The notes beneath the pieces were generated by a model that saw nothing but the letters and a program-made list of their open reading frames with translations, was not told the DNA's origin and searched no databases. The position numbers and the translations under genes were made by a program. From Raillietiella orientalis (Eukaryota): DNA of 64,000 nt. The DNA lies in assembly GCA_036172245.1 (NCBI GenBank), contig JAYWIR010000028.1, positions 930,001 to 994,000 of the forward strand, in the 5' to 3' direction. Below, one piece after another: positions 49,601 to 60,793 of the stretch (positions within the stretch are counted from its first letter, which is position 1; every line of letters starts with the position of its first letter).

Positions 49601-51699
49601 TGCGCGTGTCCTTCCTCCCTGTGCACTCCCTGGCACTGGCACGATTTCCGCCTTCCAGATGATCCTTGACGTACATCTCCAATCATGCGATACGTTCACG
49701 AGTTTTCCGTTTCTATGAAACCTCCAGAGAAAGCCATTACTGTGGACATCTTCGTCCCGGAGTTGTGTGGAATCAACCGGGTCACCTTTATTTGATCCTG
49801 ACCGCGGTCTCCTCTGAGTCGAGCGCTTGATGAGGTCAGCAGACATCGCATGACGCGCGCGCTCTCAGCTGAGGGGAAGAGTCGCCGAGTCCAGTCCCTG
49901 TCCACTTGTCTGAAACGCCTCCTGTGCTTTCCCCTTGATCTGAGTGGTTGGTCAAGTGTAGGACCTGATTCCCACCGGTTCACTTGCTCCGTTTCCTCGA
50001 GAGAAAAAGGGATGCTGCCATGGCTATTCCGATCCACTTCATCCGCTCATCCGGATGGGCGATAGATGCGTGAAGAAGGGGAGCTGGTAGAAAAAAAAAA
50101 AAATCTTACCTATTCCTCAGATGGCGTTTCTGTATTCTCCAGGCGAGTTCCCTCCCCCCTTTCCGACAGCGACTTCTCTCGGCAGACCGCTCTCCAAAGC
50201 ACCCCTTGTTGAAAGCCCGTCGTAATTTGCCCGCCGCGTCTCGGCGGAGAATTCTCTCGTTTTCTGATGCTGTCAAATTGACCTCGCACGCTCCCCACCT
50301 TCCGAGTTTCCAGCTCGAAAAGGCACCTCCCAGGAAGCGGGTCGTCGACGACTCGTTTCGCGCCTCCCTCAAGGCGTTGAGAACTTTGGGGTGCTGCCGC
50401 GAGCTTCCAGGAAGCAACCAAACCATCCTCCCGACAGCCGAACCTGCCCATCTGCCTGTTCATCCTTCGGGGCGGCAGGAGAGGTCGGGACTAAAGCATT
50501 AGATAATTTTCCGCGGGCCCCTTCCTCCCTTTTATGGTCTTCCGTTGCAGCGCGCACTCACTTGTTTATCCGAACACACCTCCGGAGCTGCCACGCCCTC
50601 GAAAGAAGCAGCTCTTCCGAAGGTTCGAGATGAGAAGATGATCTTTTTAGCAGGAATCCCTGCTAAAACGATTCTTTCGACCTTTTCGAACTCGTGGTCG
50701 TCGAGGAGGAAAAAAGGATGGACGCGGCCATCAAAGAGAAACAATCGGCAAACTCACGATCGGCAAACAACGACGTGGATGTCTTCGAGCTGTTCACTTC
50801 TCAAATATCTTTCGCGCTTTTCTTTTTCCTTTTTTCTTTTTTTCCTTCCTTTTGTCAAGAGTCCTTTATCCAAGAAAAAAGGAGAAACCACGTTGTCCTC
50901 TCGGAAGAATCGCATCAGAGGGTTTCGATTCCTTCGATTGATTGGGGGTAGTTGGATCATCCCCGTGCTCCCGAATTTGTGGCCTTCCTTCAATCTCCCT
51001 CTCTGCCTAATCCTGAATTTCAATCCAACAAAATTTTCTTTTTCCTTCCTCTAAATATTTGTTAGCTGGCTGGGAGCCGTCATGACGATGCCGGTGGGTG
51101 CTGACAAACGTTACCCTCCTCAAACACCGCGAGAGGCCCCCGAGTCTGCTTCCAGTTTTCGTCCGGCTCTCTGGAGAGCAAACATCGAAGCACCATAATG
51201 AGTATGCATGGAATTTCCGGTTTGCCCAGTGTTCCCTAGGGCTCGCGTCTTGTGACATCCGATGCAAGGATGCCGCCGAACTCTGTCACTAATTCCCGGC
51301 GTTTCGAATGTCCACGAAATTTCGTCACCGAGGGATGTTATCGACTTTTCCGCTGTGCCCGAGCTGCTCGTTTTGCCCTTCTGGATGCGTACATCGCGCC
51401 AACTCTGGAGGCGCTGTATCTTTCCACAATCATCCAGAAATAGTTCCTTCCTGCAATCTCGGTGGGGCGACCTCCTCGACTCGTGAATATCGGACGCTCA
51501 CGTCTTTCTTTTGACCTCATGCACAACTGGTCAACGCTGATCCCGAGTTTCGGAATCGTGCTTAGAAGACCGTTTTCTGTATCACAAGACCTGAAATGTC
51601 CTTCTTCTTCTTCCTTTCTTCACAGGCTATTTGTTCCGTTTGATTTCGGGGCTGCAGCAATCTTTCGGTTCAGTGAGATCCTTTGTGCAGCAAGCATTT

Positions 51700-52050
51700 T
51701 CGAATTATGAAGGTGACAAAGCCTATTTGTGTCCCCACACCAGCTAGAGCAATCCATTAGACTCCGAGCCTCTAATGCCATGATGTGGGCTGCAAGTCGT
51801 AGGGATTGAATGGGTTGAATTGCGATTCTTATGGTTTCTAGCAGCGGAAGGAATAGAAGCCCTATTGGCGCTCCGTTTAAGGGAAGGTGGACTAGAAAGT
51901 GGGGAAGGAGGGCGTCAGTGTACGTGTTCCTTGTATACTGTCCCATAACAATCGATCTCTTAATCATATTCATCCTCACGAGTGTCAAAGCAGAGAAGTA
52001 CAACCTATCGGAAATAAACCCAGTTGTGAAAGTCAGCTGATGTCAGTACC
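51700..52050 (-). mobile_element. Possible decayed APE endonuclease fragment
   Basis: YFSALTL...RSIVMGQYT...LMDCSSW weakly resembles FF..L...IxGDFN...LxDxW. Confidence 0.2.
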
Positions 52051-53559
52051 ACTGGTGACTCATCATCCGACTTTGAATTCCTCGAGCCTAGTTTTTGTGA
52101 CCTCTAAAATCCAATTGCTTGAAACCAAACTGCTTCCCTCTTTCAAGATAGAAAGCTCAATTTATTTGCTTGGGACATTGGCAAGTGAAAGGTGTTTTTC
52201 TCTTATTTTCTCCTATGTGTGCATTTAGTGTAACATCATTTGAGCCCTGACGAGGATGGGGCGCGAGGTGGCAGCCGTGGACAACAGGACATTTTTATGA
52301 AGGAAACCGAAATTCTGACAAGTGGAAAACCCCCCCTTCTCTTCAGCAGACACGTTGGAACCAAATGAATTCAGGACAATCCCCTTTTTAGACCAAACGC
52401 CAGGAGGATCTGGATCTCAGAAGAATGCTGTTCTCTTCGTCAGAATTTATCGATCAGACTCGAAAAGACAGTTCTTCTGCCCTTCGATTTTTCCTGGAAC
52501 TTCGAGTACACAGTGCAAGGATTCCAGTCCCTTGGAGCACAGTCCTTAAACGAATTGCACTCTTACATTTGAAGAGCTGAGGCCAAGGCGTTCGTGAAGC
52601 GTTTCCGAAAGGCGATTTACGAAACCCGACTTCAGATGCATTAGACTGAGGACAGCTTCCCGGCTTGCGGGTGCATCCTCTCACTGGAAAGGATTGATCG
52701 CTGGACAATGGATGATGTCTGGTAGCGAGGGTTAAGGTCCGGTAGGATCAGCTGTGCCTCAGGCAGAGCATTCTGCATCCGAAACGGACCGTGCGTACTT
52801 GCAGTTGGCAAACGCAATGCTCTTGTGTCTGGTAGTGAGTGTTCCTGAATGTGGAGGGGACGTTGGAAAATCACGGAAGCCCCCAATGTTGGCGCATTCC
52901 GAATTCCATTTCCTGAAGTATGATGTGCTTTTCTTTTTTTTTTCCTGTTCTCTTGGATCTGCATTGCTAATTGCTCACCTGCGAGCTACAAATAGTTTCG
53001 ATTCCAAGCTCCAGAAGTAAGGGTGGGCGGGAAATCGATGATGCAGTCTCGAGAGGCGATGAAGAAGGAGCGTCAGAGTGCAACGCCGTATCACTTTCCG
53101 CAAAGCAACAGGGAAGAAGTTCAAGAATAACAAAGGAAAAAGAAAATAAAAAGGAACCAAGAGAAGAGAGGAGGAGGGCAAGGAGTGGCGCTTTCGGTTT
53201 GGCTGCGAATCCCCAGAACGAAGCCGCCGCCTGCCTTCGGAGACACGAAGAAGACGTTTCGTTTGTCAGCAGTCCTGAAATCCGTACCGAACACGGAGCT
53301 CATATGGCTCTGAGCGGGTAAGTAAGTCTCAACGGGGATTTCAATTAACTAGCACTGGATGTCCTATTCCGGGTCAGCCGGGAGGAAGCGGAAACCCACT
53401 TGTGAACATAAATTGTTCCATGATTCTGAACGAAATGCAGAAGGGAGCTGCTGGGGGGAGGGGGGAGTTATCCGACGGAGTGAAATAAAATTACGACTCG
53501 GCCTCGGCTGGATGGAAACCCTCAGCCGAGTGGCAGAATAAGATTTGTACCAGTTTCGG

Positions 53560-53800
53560 CGGATCCGACCGCAAGAGTCCTTGCAAAAACCAGTCACGAC
53601 TGGCAAATTTGGTCGTGAAGTAAAGTTCTATTAAATCTCTGCTAGAGTGATGAAACCGACCGGCTAAGAGGGCATAAGTACGATATTTCATTGGGAGTAT
53701 GAAGCAGAGTAAATTATTTATGGCCCAGTGATCAACTACCTCAGCAGTTGATAATGGATGACTCCACCACCCAAAGGTAACCATTCTAGAAATTGCCACT
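53560..53800 (-). mobile_element. Possible decayed L1-clade RT thumb fragment
   Basis: WWSHPLSTAEVVDHWAINNLLCFILPMKY resembles W..R.LS..G+..+IN.L+.S.L.Y. Confidence 0.25.
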
Positions 53801-56800
53801 TTGTTGGAGAGAGGGAGGGGGGGGGCAGGTAGAAAAGGGGAAGGAGAACAGCAAAAAAAAAAAAATTCCGTTCATGCATCTTGCACTTTGAACAAGTAGT
53901 AGAATTCCAGAATTCGCCCCAAAATGGAGAGGTAACCAAGGAGGGAGGAGAGGATGAGAAACCTCTCCAGCAAGGTGGAAAGCGCACCCCTGGGTGAGCG
54001 CGTTGCCTTGCTCTCCTGGGATCGCGGAGCGTCCATCAAAAAGAATTCTCCTGACCTTTTTTGTTCCTCAGGAAGCCGACCCGCACTTTCAGCATTCGCT
54101 GCTGTCAGAAGGCCTCAGCCGTGAGTGAAGGCAGCAGCAAAAAAGGAACGCTCTCTCAAGAATACGAAGATCGCCTCTCGAAGAACAGAGTTCCGACTCG
54201 GAGCATCGTACAAAAAGGTCGCAGGGACCATGAAAATGCTCCGAGGAGCAACACGCGCTTCGAAAGGAAAAGAAAAAAAAAAAAGGAAGACGAAATTCGA
54301 ACTCGTGAAGCATGCCAAAAAAAAAAAAAAGAAAAGAAAAGAAAACCAACTGCTTCCAGGAAGTCTTCTCGTGCTCAATGAAATCAGGGTCCGACGTAAT
54401 ATCGGAAAAGATTTTTTGCCTAAATCCTAAGAGTCCTCTTAATTTCTTTTCCTGATTAATGATAATGGCTGTCGGTGAAGAGCCCATTCAGTCTCACTGC
54501 TGAAGCTCAGATTTCGAGTGCCGAGCTCCGAACCGGGGGAGGAATTGACGCGCTGCAAAGATTCCGTTGTGCATCATTATTCATAACTCGGATCGCATGT
54601 TTCGACACGTTAATGGCCTTTGCTCCGGGATGAATGCAGCGTCCTGCTCTCTGCATCCGATATTTACTTCCCACCGGAAACCAGTTCAAAATCGAAAGCC
54701 AGAGCCCTTTTAGGAAAGCAGTTAAATTACTTTGGTCTGTGACTGGAATATGTAGGTGGCTGTCTCCGTCCTTATCGGCTAACTTTCAATCACGTGCGAT
54801 TCATTTCGTGCCTTTCGCGTAAAAAGGGGTCCATCGCGGGATGGTGTTCCCGGTTCTCTACTCCGAACAACCTCTTCCAAATTGAAATGAGTCGATTTTT
54901 TTTTTTTCTTCTTCTTCCTTTTCTTCGAGGAACGTCTTTGTTTTGAAGGGCTCGTCCCTGCAAGTTCACTTTCATCCTGCAGGGGCGACTCCGCTCGGAT
55001 GATTCGGGAAACTCTCGAATAAGACATCCCAATGGTTTGCTTTTGCCGCAATTTCGGATTCCTTACGCGCCGATCCGTGCGGCATCGCCGCCGACTTACT
55101 CGCATTCGCCATCTTTTGATTCACTCGGACGGCGCGGCGAACCCCGTCCTTCCTTGATGCTTTGCTTCTTTCAGGATTCTCGGGAAGAAGTCCTGAAGGT
55201 GACTTGCTTCTGCGTGTTTCTGCTACTCAGAAGAGAGGTCAGCTCTCGCGAAAAAAATTTCCAACTTTTCCTTCGTTTCTCGTTTTCGCCCGAATCCGGT
55301 CCATCCTGTTCTCCATCCAGCTTCTTTTTCTCTGCTCCGAAGCCACAGAGCCGCAGCTCTATAGCTCTGGAGCTGAAAGCAAGGCAACCTGTGAAGTTCC
55401 ACGCTTACAAATATCGATTCCTGCTGCTCCTTACATGTTACTGCCTTCTCCTCCGAGCTCCGTGTCCCGCAGGTGTCTCTCCCCCCATTAATCCCAATCT
55501 GTTCCCTTCCTCCATTTACTTTTCGAATCCATTTTCTCCTTAGCCAGATAGTTGACTAATCACATCCCCCTGTTCTTCATTTCGTTGAGTTGACGTGTGG
55601 GGCTATTCGATGAGTGACTCATGCCGCCGCCTATCCGTGGAATTCATTCCGTACCAACCTGCCTGTCGCGATTCCCGTGTATCCCGGCAGGAATCCATCC
55701 ATCCACATTATCCCATCAGGAGCACAGAGAGCATCCCTCACTGCTGACTTGGCTTCTCCTATCGTCCTTTCTGCAACAGCCTGCCTTCTTCAGCAGGCGT
55801 TGCTGTTTCGCACGTCGGAGTCCACTGTTTGCAAAATTTTCGCTGTTCCTCATCTCCTAGGGAACCGTTCACAGCATCCTCCGTTAATCGGTCGTTTCCG
55901 AAGGGAACGAAGGTTTTGCTCCCGAAGGTGAAGCCCACTTTTCATTGCACATCTCTTTATCTTGAGGATACTCCGGCTCGCATTTGCCGAACGCGGCCAC
56001 ACGGATCCTTGACGCTTATCCCGACGACCTGCCACAAATCAGCCATCTCACAGGGGCAAAGTACGTTTTGCCTTCGGCGGAGTTGCTGTCTTTCAGCTCC
56101 GTACGGTTCCACGCTTCAGCGTCTGACCCGTGTCAAAAGTGACCCGTGTACGTTCCCGAACCCAATAGGAATTGTTAGTGTGGAGCCAAATCACGAAAGA
56201 GGCAATAGGGTGGACCTCTATTGATTGGTTGCCTCAGCTGTTTACTCCGTTCCACTCACTCCGTGTCACTTTGAAAACCGATCCTCAAGACCGAGTCCAT
56301 TCGAGTTGACAGACGCTTGCGTGGCTTGCGGAGAATTTTCGAGAAAGCATCTCTTCGTCACTCGGTTGTTTCTTTTTTCTTTATTTCGATTTTCATCTCA
56401 TTCTTGTTTACAAAAAAAATTAGCGTTTCAGATGAAGGCATTTTGCCCTCGAGTCCGGTTTTGCATTTTGTTTTTTGAAAGCCCGAGCAAAGGGCCTTTT
56501 GAGGATGGTCCAAGGTGGGCACAGGGTTTATGTTAGAAGAGGTTTTCCCCGGGATGCAACCAAGGGAAACTGTTTTCGATAATCCCTTCAGTGGTCGATG
56601 AAGATGGTGAAATGAAAGTCCTTGAACCAAGTTCTGGTCACCACCTGCACCTGTTCCACACGACCACTGCGGCGTGTTGTGAGCCCTCTGTCCCCATTTC
56701 CGGCTCAGCGATTCTTCAGCCACACCCGCACACGAGCACAAGCGTCCAAAGTTGCTGAAGAACCATTCCTGAATTCATAAAAAGTTTCTTTTGAACTTGA

Positions 56801-56949
56801 AGATCCTTCGTCGATTTCTTTATCGCTGGGTTTTTGACCTTCCTGCCTCCGGCGTCACGGCCCAACTTTTCCCCCTCTGACTGGAGTTGTTCCTTGCATG
56901 CTCAACAACAACGAGGAATTCAAGTTTAGGACCAGAGGCAAAGGGTTCC

Positions 56950-57200
56950 TGGCAGGTCAACCCTTCTCCAGCGAGCTGCGCATTCCCCGTGTTGCCGTTT
57001 TCTGAATCACCGCACGCGCCTCTCCAGTGATCGCTCCCAGTGCCAATAGCGCACCTCCCCTGAAAGAAGCAACCACTGCTCTTGCTCGACCCCGCGTCCA
57101 AGCCCGAGTTCCGGGAGGTCGGCGAGCAGGCGCGCCGCCCGTCGGGATGAACATAGGAAAGCACAACAGGTGTTCTCTCGGAAAACGCTGGCAGCCCTGT
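56950..57200 (-). mobile_element. Possible decayed APE endonuclease C-terminus
   Basis: LSYVHPDG...SGLD...GSDHW resembles T(W/Y)...SR(I/L)D...SDH. Confidence 0.25.
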
Positions 57201-58267
57201 TCGTAAACACAAACAAAAGGACCCGGTGGGGACGCGGCATTACGCTGGAAGATTTACAGCTGCAATTCCAACAAGAATCGTGTGTTTGGAAGCGTCCGCT
57301 CCGCAGCACCTTCCAGCTTCCCGAACGGGAAGGACCAATGTCCCACGCTTTCTTCTTCTCTCGTTCCTCCCCGCAGCTTCGGACGCTCGCCGCCCGCGTC
57401 AGGAGAGCGGAGGCGCCTCAGGTGCCGGAACGTGGAACGCACCAAGGCTCCATGGCAACGGGCTGATGGGAACGAGCGAGCTGCCTCGAGACTTCAGAGC
57501 CAACCGACGTGCCGGGAGTCAAATAAGCGGGGAAAACTTCCAGGGCTTCACCATTGCCTTCGTGTGAAGGGGACGAACCCATCGCTGAGGGAAGAGGAGA
57601 GAGCAGGGAGAAATAAATGAATAAATAGGGGAAGGGACGGGCTGTCGGGGCTGATGGCTCCCGAGGGCCTGCTGCATCGGGAAGAGTCTGGAGGGAGCGA
57701 CACGGAGGGCGAGTTCGACCCCGAGCATTGACCACCTCCGTGACCAGCTGCCCCTTCGCTCCCGTTTCAGCTGGCCTGCAATGAAGCGCCGCCTTGTCCT
57801 GGACAAGTTCGCTTCCCCCCACCCCACCCCCATTCCATAGGGACTTCCTTCCTCTCGGCTTCCCAAAGTGGACACGAAGGAACGAGAGACGGTAGGAGAC
57901 GAAGAGGGCATTGAGCGGGAGTCCTCCGGAAAATCTGCCTCCGAAGGACCGGGAGTGGAGATTGCAAGAGAAGGGCGGAAGCGCTCTCCTGGTCAGGAGG
58001 AGGAATGTCTCCCGCCGCTTCCTAAGATCTGGGGCACGATGGCGGTAGCCGGGACTCTACGAAAGGCATTCTTTCCGGAGAGGCGCTACCCCGCTCCGCC
58101 CTCCGGGCACTCCTTTCTTCCCGGGAGTGGCCGACTGTCGCAGAGCCTTCTACAGCATGATTTCCACAAAAGAGAGAAAGGGAAGGGAAGCTCCCCTCCC
58201 GTCTTTCTCGATTTTGGGAGACTCTCCGTTCCTCCCCGGGTCGCCTCTGTCAGACCCTTGCCTCCTC

Positions 58268-58270
<3 letters not shown>

Positions 58271-58303
<33 letters not shown>
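58271..58303. repeat. (GTC)11 microsatellite in the slit upstream region
   Basis: Directly visible. Confidence 0.98.
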
Positions 58304-58305
<2 letters not shown>

Positions 58306-58510
58306 GGCAACGGCGCCACGGTGGGCATCTCCTGGACGGCGAGTGGATCGCCCCTAGCCCGGCGGCAGGCATTCGGGTTCCTTCTCCCCCCTCCTCCATC
58401 CCTCGTGTGGCAGCGCGCGCGCGGGGTCATGGCGTGCAGCAGCAGCGGAACTCTCTTCCCTCCCTCGCCTCCCCCTGCCTGCCTGCCTCTTCGGGTTCCG
58501 TCGCCCGGCT

Positions 58511-58529
58511 GCGCGCGCGCGCGCGCGCG
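58511..58529. repeat. (GC)9.5 alternating tract
   Basis: gcgcgcgcgcgcgcgcgcg directly visible. Confidence 0.97.
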
Positions 58530-58580
58530 TCCGGGCGGGAGGGCGGGCGGGCCGGCGTCCGGGCGCGTTCGTCCGCGAGC

Positions 58581-58615
58581 TCAGTCGTGCGTCGCGTTGC
58601 GAGCAAGTCGGGTCG
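58581..58615 (+). promoter_or_regulatory. Predicted slit core promoter: Inr (TCAGTC) plus MTE-like downstream element
   Basis: TCAGTC at 58581-58586 (A=+1 at 58583); CGAGC at +18..+22 and CGG at +27..+29 match the Drosophila MTE sub-elements; DPE-like GGTCG starts at +29. Confidence 0.65.
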
Positions 58616-58746
58616 GTCGGTGGTTAATGCTGCTGCCGCCAGGGTGATCCGTGCGAGGCTCGCGAGCGAGAGCGACAGAGCGACCCCCCGTCGCTGCGGA
58701 AGCGAGCCGTCCTCCTGCCCGGAAGGGCGCCCCCGAAGATGGACGC

Positions 58747-58991
58747 ATGATGGCGACGGTGCGCTCGGTGTCCACCGCCGCCGCTACCCTCCTCATCCTC
58801 ACCCTCCCGGGCATCCTGCAGCCCCTGCCCCCTGCCTCCGTGGAGGCTTACCATGGATACTACGGGTTCTTCTCCGACGAGACGACCCTGGGGTGCCCCA
58901 AGGAGTGCTCCTGCATCGGGCAGACGGTCGACTGCTCGTACCGGAGGCTGACCTACGTCCCCGAAGGCATCCCGAAGGGAGTCGAGAGGAT
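58747..58991 (+). CDS. sli: Slit-like axon-guidance protein, first coding exon (signal peptide plus LRRNT cap); rest of the gene lies beyond the window
   Basis: MMATVRSVSTAAATLLILTLPG...SVEA signal peptide; CPKECSCIGQTVDCSYRRLTYVPEGIPKGVER resembles the Slit N-terminal cap; consensus donor GTGAGT at 58992, phase 2, as is usual for LRR exons. Another secreted LRR protein cannot be excluded from one exon. Confidence 0.82.
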
Positions 58992-59565
58992 GTGAGTAGG
59001 ACAGGGGACAAAAAAGAAGGGTTCCCTCGGCAACGCCCCTCTCCTCCGCGCGTGCGCGCGATCCTCGTCTTGCCTGTGTCCGCTCTCCTGGCGGTGGGAG
59101 GAGCCGAAAGGGGGAGAGAGGAGATCTCCCCACCTGATCCCCAAGGGCGCACGCCACGCGACCGGGTCAAGTCTCGCGTGTTCGGCCGCCCCGCTCGCGC
59201 TCGTCTCCCCCCCCCCTCCGCGGGTGGGTCGAAGGGTAGGGAGGGAGATGGAGAGGGAGGGGAGGAGACTGCCCTTTGATTTATGGCGGCTTTTTGCGTT
59301 TTGGCACGAGGGAGCTGGAGGGGGAGCGATGGGGTATCCTGGTGCTCCTTGCTGGAAGAGCGCGTTCCGTCGCTGCAGTCTTCGTTCCGGTCGATCGCGG
59401 TTCATCAAGCGAGTGGTCAGAGGACTCCGAAAGCAAGTCGAGAATGACCCGAGGGCAAAAGAGGAAGAGAGAGGAATAGGAGGGGAAGGGAGGAGAGTAG
59501 CTCTCTGTTAACACCCTTCCCTCACTTGAGGGCATTCGTTCCCTCCCCCCCCCCTCTCCCCCAGA

Positions 59566-59860
59566 GGTGAGGGGGGAGCCACTCTGGGAGCGCGTCCGTC
59601 CTCGTCAAGAGCGGCGCTTGCGCGATGTCGCCAGGGCCTCCGCCGATCCGCGCGCGTGTCGGCGTCGAGTGCGACGGGCGCAACCCCGCCGTCTGAGGCG
59701 GGAAGGGAGCAAGAGGGAAGAGGACAGGCGGCGAGCCCGCGGTGGCTGACCGGGGACGGGGACTTCTTAGCCCCGGCCCCTTCCGGGACCTCCCTTCCTC
59801 TGGGATGGGCGCGTTGCAGGCCCCGCTTTGCTCCTGTAGCCTGGGGTGAAGCGGAGCAGG
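59566..59860 (+). repeat. Left arm of a long inverted repeat in slit intron 1
   Basis: Reverse-complement match to 60523-60793 over its whole length, with scattered substitutions and one ~24-nt indel. Confidence 0.95.
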
Positions 59861-60522
59861 GGAGCGCCGCCGCCACGTGAGGTCGGCGGTCGCGATTCCC
59901 GGCAGGGAAGGCTCGGAGAAGGAGACCGGGTGAAGCGTCCCCTGGAGAACGGACAGGCGCGGGAGCGCGTTGACCCCTTCCAGGGAGCCGTTCCTCTCGC
60001 CCAGAGAAGCGGGACAGTTGGCGTGGGAGCTCGGGGTGGAAGAGAGAAAAGGAGGAAGTCGCTCTCCTTCCTGGTGATCGGACGAAGGCATTCAAAAGCC
60101 CATCTCGCACAGGGCTGAGGAAACGGCTCCCCCTCACGGGACGAGGGAGAGCGCGCGAGACTGCCAATCCTCTCTTCCCGCGCTCGCGCCCGAGTACAGC
60201 CGCTGGTGCAGCGGAAGCGGCCTGATGACCCCGGAGGTCGGATGGGGCGGTGTCGAGAGACCCCCTGTCGGGAGGGACGCCCTGCCCTCTTCCGCTCCAT
60301 GCTCGAGGGCCCTCGGGGACGAGGTACGGTTCCGTTTGACCCTTCTCCCCAGTGGCTACCCCGTCCGGAAGGCATGCGCGGATGGAGGGAGGGAAGGAGG
60401 GAGCGGGCGCTGCTTTAGAAGCGCCGCGCACCAGGGAGTGAAATCCGAGAAGGGCAGCTCGCCGCCGCGCCAGCGGCGGCCCACGGGCGCGACCGAAACG
60501 TTTCGGCGGCCGCTCTCTCCTT

Positions 60523-60793
60523 CCCGCTCCCCTTCACCCCAGGCGACAGGAGCAGAGCGGCGCCTGCAACGCGCCCATCCCAGAGGAGGGGAGGTCTCGA
60601 AAGGGGCCGGGGCTAAGAAGTCCCCGTCCCCGGTCAGCCTCCGCGGGCTCGCCGCCTGTCCTTTTCCCTCTTGCTCCCTTCCCGCCTCACTCGACGCCGA
60701 CACGCGCGCGAATCGGCGGCGGCCCTGGCGACATCGCGCAAGCGCCGCTCTTGATGAGGACGGACGCGCTCCCAGAGTGGCTCTCCCCTCACC
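60523..60793 (-). repeat. Right arm of a long inverted repeat in slit intron 1
   Basis: For example ctaagaagtccccgtccccggtcagcc pairs with ggctgaccggggacggggacttcttag of the left arm. Confidence 0.95.
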
